Source of the DNA: Armatimonadota bacterium
Lineage (GTDB): Bacteria > Armatimonadota > UBA5829 > DTLH01
Reading direction: 5' to 3'
Assembly: GCA_039679675.1 (NCBI GenBank)
Contig: JBDKUN010000059.1
Coordinates: 1 to 64,000 of the forward strand
Length of the DNA stretch: 64,000 nt
A model generated the notes under the pieces. The model was not told the DNA's origin. It saw nothing but the letters and a program-made list of their open reading frames with translations, and did no database searches. The position numbers and the translations under genes were made by a program. Below are positions 59,551-64,000 of this stretch, piece by piece (the first letter of the stretch is position 1; each line of letters starts with the position of its first letter).

Positions 59551-60745
59551 CAAGATAAAAAACATCAAAGCGGATACCGGCAGCCTGATTTTGAACCCAA
59601 GGTTCATCGGGCCATGTCTCGCGGGCTTGTTCTGCCTCATTGTAGCTACAGTGCTGAATGTGGCGTATCTCTTTACTATGGCTACGATACTTCTCGCGCT
59701 GCCTTTCGCCGGTTATATCATCGGTATCATTATACTAAAGAATTGCACGGTCAAACGCGAGCCGCTGGTGGTAACGACACAGGGTGAAAGCGCATCCGTT
59801 ACTGTTAAGGTCGAATGCCGCCTCGGCAGACTTTCTTCCGAGCTGACAGTGAATGATAAGCTGCCTAAATGGATCGAACCTGAAGAAAACACAGGGTTAG
59901 AAATCTTTCATGAGCAATGTGTAGAGATACATTCATCGTTTAAGGCTCTCAGGCGCGGCCGGTATCAGATAGGTCCGGCGAGCTTACAGACCATTGACCC
60001 TCTAGGCATGCTCAGATTGCGGTGCAGAGTGCCCGGCAATACTGAATTGATAGTGCATCCAAGGCCTATTCCTTTCAGAATCAATCTGGTAGCAGGCGGA
60101 AACATGGAATTCGAGCAATTGAACCTTTCAGGCCGTACTGCAGTCAGAGGAGACTTCGCCGGTGTCCGTGAATACCGCTTCGGAGACGAATTCAAGCGTA
60201 TACACTGGAAAACAACCGCACGTACGCAGCGTCTGTCTGTTATGGAGTTCGAGGATTCCACCATAGGGTCTGTAACGGTAATGCTTGACCTTTCAAAAGG
60301 CTGCGATTACGGAGCAGAGCCGGTAACATCGCTCGATATAGCAGCCGGCGCTGCTGCGTTTGCGCTTAAAGAGTGTTTGAGTCATAAGCGGCAGTCGAGA
60401 TTAGCCATTCCGAGAGATAATACTGTATTGAACATAGATGTTCACAGACCGGGCAGTATAGACTCCGCGCTCAATGCTCTTTCAGATGCAAAAGCAGACT
60501 CAACACTTTCAGCAGTCGATCTGGTCGGGTCATGTCCCAACGGCTCCAGCGCAATATTGATTGCGACTAAAGCCACAAAGGAAACTATAGCAGCGGTACG
60601 GGATGCTGCATTGCGTAATATCAGCTTCATTGTGGCATTGGTCGACCCTGAGCCGTTCGGCAGGCATTCTGATGATGAAGTATCGATAGCCGGACTGGAG
60701 CAAGCCGGTGCGAATGTCGAGCTTATACGGGAGGTACGGCAATGA
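59537..60745 (+). CDS. DUF58 domain protein
   Basis: RRGRY, DPLG and VREYRFGD..RIHWKTTAR. Overlaps MoxR. Confidence 0.92.
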   Translation: MDARDKIKNIKADTGSLILNPRFIGPCLAGLFCLIVATVLNVAYLFTMATILLALPFAGYIIGIIILKNCTVKREPLVVTTQGESASVTVKVECRLGRLSSELTVNDKLPKWIEPEENTGLEIFHEQCVEIHSSFKALRRGRYQIGPASLQTIDPLGMLRLRCRVPGNTELIVHPRPIPFRINLVAGGNMEFEQLNLSGRTAVRGDFAGVREYRFGDEFKRIHWKTTARTQRLSVMEFEDSTIGSVTVMLDLSKGCDYGAEPVTSLDIAAGAAAFALKECLSHKRQSRLAIPRDNTVLNIDVHRPGSIDSALNALSDAKADSTLSAVDLVGSCPNGSSAILIATKATKETIAAVRDAALRNISFIVALVDPEPFGRHSDDEVSIAGLEQAGANVELIREVRQ

Positions 60746-62766
60746 GACGCACAACAGGCCCCGACATAAGTTATCCACTGTACCTCGCCGGTCTTGCGAC
60801 CATGTTATGCGCATTGACGGCGCTTAACTCAGTAGTATCCGACAACTCATTTACCATACTGAGCGGCACGCTCATGTGTTTGGGTTATATCACGAGCGTA
60901 ATCCTTAGGCGAGTCGGCTACAAAACCCGTATTATCGAGTTTGTAATCGTAATTGCAGCCGTGCTGGTCTATTTGCAGATAATCGGCGGCCGTGCGATCA
61001 TCCCCATGAATACAACCGGTTCTTCGGAGATGAGACTCGCATCGATGCTGCTATGGCTGGAAGTACTTAGGAGTTTTACTCTCGTCTCGGACGAAGCGGT
61101 TGTTTTTACATCAATTCCAGCCGTCGTCCTGATCAGCTTAACGGCGACAAATAACATAAACTCTGAGGTAATGGCGGCCTTTATAGTATATCTGATCCTG
61201 GCTACATTTACGCTGGCTCACCGGCCTGAGCAAAACAACAAGTCAGTCAAGCCGGGATTCAGGATGGCTATTGCTATTACAAGCCTCGCGATTGCAATTG
61301 GCTGCCTCGCCGTTATCCCGGTCAGATTAGCTTGTACGAAGGCGTTTGCCATTGCAATGCCTCAGTTTACACAACTCAGAGAACGCGCGGGAATGTCCGT
61401 CGATAGCGATTCGAGCATGCTGCAGATCTCCCAAGGGCCGGTTCACCTGTCCGATAAAGTTGTGATGTCCATCAAGTCTCGATCATTGAAAACGGGCAAA
61501 GCAGTCGGGGCATACTGGAGAAGCAAGGTTTTCGACCGCTACACAGGTCATGGCTGGCAATCAACCGCACAATTTACGACAATGGCGAGCGAAAGGATAG
61601 ATGAGCCGGGATACGATAAGGGTTGGAGCCGGTACAGCTTTATCCCAGCGGAACACGAAGAGTTGATAGAACAGGTTATATACCCGAGCTTCGCAATCGG
61701 AAGAGATGTGATCGCGGCAACTGAGCCGGTAACTATCGAAGGGCCGTTTTCCGAGCTAAAGCGTAACGATTTCAATTGCTGGCACAGCTATACCTCGATT
61801 GGCAGCTTATCAAGCTACCGGGTAATCTCCTCCATGCCAGTTACCGATCTGGAAAGATTAAGGAAAGCGTCGACCAACTACAGCAGCGATATCAGAACCT
61901 GCTTCCTGCAGACGACAACCAGTACATCAAAAGCCGGAGAACTGGCAAGAAAAATTACCCGTGGAATTAAAAATCCGTATGATAAGGCTGCTACCATCAG
62001 CAGATACCTTGGAGAACACTATACCTACGATCTGGATGCACCGCCAGCTCCGTCGGGACAAGATGCGGTCGATTATTTCCTTTTCAAGTCCAAGACCGGA
62101 TACTGTGATGTATTCGCCAGTGCAATGGTTGTGATGCTTAGGGAGACAGGTGTTCCGGCAAGGCTTGTGGCTGGATATGCGACCGGAGACTATGATGCGG
62201 ATTCGGGTATGTTCAAAATACGGGACAGAGACCGTCATGCCTGGGTGGAAGCCTACTTCCCGGACTGCGGATGGGCCACTTTTGATCCAACAGAACTGAC
62301 CAAAACGCGTTCAGAGAGCTTCTTGGGCCGGATATTCGCTATTTTCAACCGATTGTTGCGCGGTATATTGAGCGGGCCGATCATATTGCCGCTGATGGTT
62401 GCAGTGCTTATTATCAGCGCGTGTTTCGCATTTGCGCCGGACATAAAGAAACTCCGTCTGTTCAGAAAGCATTCCGGCCCCGGCAAGCTTCATACAGCTT
62501 TCGTGGCGAGATACGAATCGATCCTGAGAAGTATGAATGTCAGAAACAAATATCTAACTCCCAGCGAAGCAGCTGTTGCCGGAACAGAATGCGCGCCGGA
62601 AGCAAGCGCGATAGCTCTGAAAGCCGCAAATCTATTCGGGTATATACGCTACAGCGGGCGCGAGGTAACTGTTAGCGATATAAAGGAGCTTGAACATCTG
62701 CACAGGAAACTGCAAGCCGCTTTGAGGCTTGCAAATGGCAGCCAGTCTCACCTGAAGAATTGTTAA
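60742..62766 (+). CDS. Membrane transglutaminase-like protein (DUF3488/TgpA type)
   Basis: N-terminal TMs, YWR..FDRY, GYC, HAWVE and FDPT (Cys-His-Asp triad). Confidence 0.92.
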   Translation: MRRTTGPDISYPLYLAGLATMLCALTALNSVVSDNSFTILSGTLMCLGYITSVILRRVGYKTRIIEFVIVIAAVLVYLQIIGGRAIIPMNTTGSSEMRLASMLLWLEVLRSFTLVSDEAVVFTSIPAVVLISLTATNNINSEVMAAFIVYLILATFTLAHRPEQNNKSVKPGFRMAIAITSLAIAIGCLAVIPVRLACTKAFAIAMPQFTQLRERAGMSVDSDSSMLQISQGPVHLSDKVVMSIKSRSLKTGKAVGAYWRSKVFDRYTGHGWQSTAQFTTMASERIDEPGYDKGWSRYSFIPAEHEELIEQVIYPSFAIGRDVIAATEPVTIEGPFSELKRNDFNCWHSYTSIGSLSSYRVISSMPVTDLERLRKASTNYSSDIRTCFLQTTTSTSKAGELARKITRGIKNPYDKAATISRYLGEHYTYDLDAPPAPSGQDAVDYFLFKSKTGYCDVFASAMVVMLRETGVPARLVAGYATGDYDADSGMFKIRDRDRHAWVEAYFPDCGWATFDPTELTKTRSESFLGRIFAIFNRLLRGILSGPIILPLMVAVLIISACFAFAPDIKKLRLFRKHSGPGKLHTAFVARYESILRSMNVRNKYLTPSEAAVAGTECAPEASAIALKAANLFGYIRYSGREVTVSDIKELEHLHRKLQAALRLANGSQSHLKNC

Positions 62767-62782
62767 CCTTTTAGAATGGATT

Positions 62783-62816
62783 CCTCCGGAAGGAGCCCAC
62801 CGCTTTCTTCCGGAGG
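62783..62816. terminator. Hairpin between convergent genes
   Basis: CCTCCGGAAG...CTTCCGGAGG. Confidence 0.65.
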
Positions 62817-62840
62817 TTAAAACTTTGATACGGCCGGATC

Positions 62841-63047
62841 CTATTCCACCTGTCCCACACCAGCCATTACATCAGCCATGTTTGTATATTCCTGGTTAGG
62901 AAGTTGTTCCAGGATGTCTATGATTTCTTGTGGCGCATTATTATCCTCGGCATGGTTGACTAATTCGTCTTTGGATGCAGGAAAATCGATTCCTTCAAGA
63001 AAATTAGCGATATTTGCAGGCGACCTTCCGCCCATACCTCTCGACAT
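62841..63047 (-). CDS. DUF2795 small protein
   Basis: FLEGIDFPASKDELV.HA..NNAP...LEQLP..EY...DV. GGAGGTG RBS before ATG 63047. Confidence 0.88.
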   Translation of the reverse strand: MSRGMGGRSPANIANFLEGIDFPASKDELVNHAEDNNAPQEIIDILEQLPNQEYTNMADVMAGVGQVE

Positions 63048-63185
63048 GCAAGACACCTCCTTTGCATTTTTCAGCAAGCGGCGCCGATCTTTGTTGTTAA
63101 TACCAACAAAAGCCGATAAATATGCCTGCCAAGCAATCTTAGGTGGTACAAGCAAAAGGAGCCCGATAAAATCAGACTCCTTCTA

Positions 63186-63371
63186 CTATGGATGCAATCT
63201 GTCCAGGAGTTCGCTGGGAATGCAGGCGCACCTAAACGATACGAATGATAATAGCGATTTGCTGACCTGCATTACCTGATCGAAGACATCCACCGGCACT
63301 TGAACGGAAACAACCTGCCCACTGCGGGGGAACACCAGGTCGACGGACCGTGTGAGCTGCATCCCATTCAC
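63186..63371 (-). CDS. Small hypothetical protein
   Basis: About 60-aa ORF co-oriented with its neighbours, purine-rich GGAAAGGCAGGTG upstream, protein-like composition. Confidence 0.5.
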   Translation of the reverse strand: MNGMQLTRSVDLVFPRSGQVVSVQVPVDVFDQVMQVSKSLLSFVSFRCACIPSELLDRLHP

Positions 63372-63453
63372 CTGCCTTTCCTTTTTAAATTGTCAAATCC
63401 GGACTTATGCTTCAAATATCGGCATGTGCCGATCAACTCTTCAGTCGAAGAGA

Positions 63454-63621
63454 CTACCTATAGATTTTCGGCTGATTAATTAACAACCAGTCATATATTG
63501 GTTGTTGCCGAAAATCCCCCGGAAGAGTTTCAGGTATAAGTGTAAAATCAACAGATATAGCTACATCAGAGAATTGTTTATATAGCTGTAAGGCTGTTAC
63601 TTTATCTCCTGAAACTCTGTA
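63454..63621. repeat. Long copy of the double-hairpin intergenic element (short copy at 3429-3500)
   Basis: Stems GATTTTCGGC/GCCGAAAATC (63463-63516) and AGAGTTTCAGG/CCTGAAACTCT (63524-63618). Confidence 0.9.
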
Positions 63622-63661
63622 AGTCCGGTTATTAGACGAACTCACCGCCATCGATGTTCCC

Positions 63662-64000
63662 TCACCTTGGTGTCGTTTGCAGCGGCATTTGCAGCGGCTG
63701 TTGAGGCGCCATTTGCGGCGCCATTTGTGGTACCATTTGTGGTGATATGTGCATTGTCTCAACAATGAGCTTTTTCATCATTTCCTGTGTAGCTTGCTCT
63801 GACTGCGCCTCATCAATCTTCCACTTACCGTCTTCTAATACAGTCACCATTGGTATGCCAGCTTGTAATATCTTATCAATAAAATCCATTACGAGTTTCC
63901 GCGTCTCAGGGGTCATTGAGATGTCTCTTTTATATATTTCATTCTCGATTTTCTTGCATCCAGCGGGTAGGAACATAAAAGAAACAACAGCTCTCGTATT
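63662..64000 (-). CDS. Hypothetical protein (possibly lipoprotein, 5' end outside window) with C-terminal PQM repeats
   Basis: Frame is open to the window edge. PAGC lipobox-like motif and PQMVPQMAPQMAPQQPLQMPLQ 12-bp tandem repeat. Confidence 0.65.
   Translation of the reverse strand, partial: NTRAVVSFMFLPAGCKKIENEIYKRDISMTPETRKLVMDFIDKILQAGIPMVTVLEDGKWKIDEAQSEQATQEMMKKLIVETMHISPQMVPQMAPQMAPQQPLQMPLQTTPR

Noticed and set aside
58588..62766. MoxR-DUF58-transglutaminase as a novel system
   Set aside because: A widespread, already described gene trio. Nothing atypical seen here.
63454..63640. Integron attC site or CRISPR repeat as the identity of the duplicated element
   Set aside because: No clean RYYYAAC/GTTRRRY ends, no integrase, no regularly spaced array and no cas genes.

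Overview
A 64 kb window of gene-dense bacterial chromosome. I found no prophage, integrase, IS transposase, rRNA or CRISPR array. DnaK lacks the ~23-aa subdomain-IB insert, yet the window encodes LptC/LptA, a predicted outer-membrane beta-barrel, CsaB and Gly-tethered lipoproteins. This points to a diderm Terrabacteria lineage, most likely Armatimonadota (inference). Main blocks: (1) rplY and a general-stress-like cluster (BCAM0308-like, two YtxH-like, phasin-like, ABC1/UbiB kinase, DUF948-like, KGG protein) with four SigB-like promoters; (2) serA-MFS, and a divergent sigma70 paralog with a Trp-dyad substitution plus a solo LuxR HTH, behind a long structured leader; (3) a ~14.7 kb co-oriented envelope cluster: rhomboid, DUF5693-like, csaB (apparently ACG start), SprA-like barrel, three lipoproteins, a 1040-aa FlgD-Ig-tailed pseudo-zincin, lptC, lptA and a catalytically dead PTS enzyme I homolog. 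This is the best candidate for an undescribed secretion or surface-display system. (4) corA, DUF4139, M23 peptidase, a triple-repeat exported protein, tRNA-Pro(GGG) and a fused 2-oxoacid dehydrogenase E1; (5) dnaK-dnaJ-hspR without grpE, with a HAIR operator, divergent from an unannotated 35-aa highly basic CTG-start ORF with a consensus promoter; (6) UDG, HIT, two zinc-ribbon paralogs, SIS, M20, DUF3866, thioredoxin, uvrB, GGDEF/HD-GYP, MoxR-DUF58-transglutaminase and DUF2795. Several short palindromic intergenic repeats are present, one of them in two copies 60 kb apart. All family calls come from motif recognition by eye, not from database searches.
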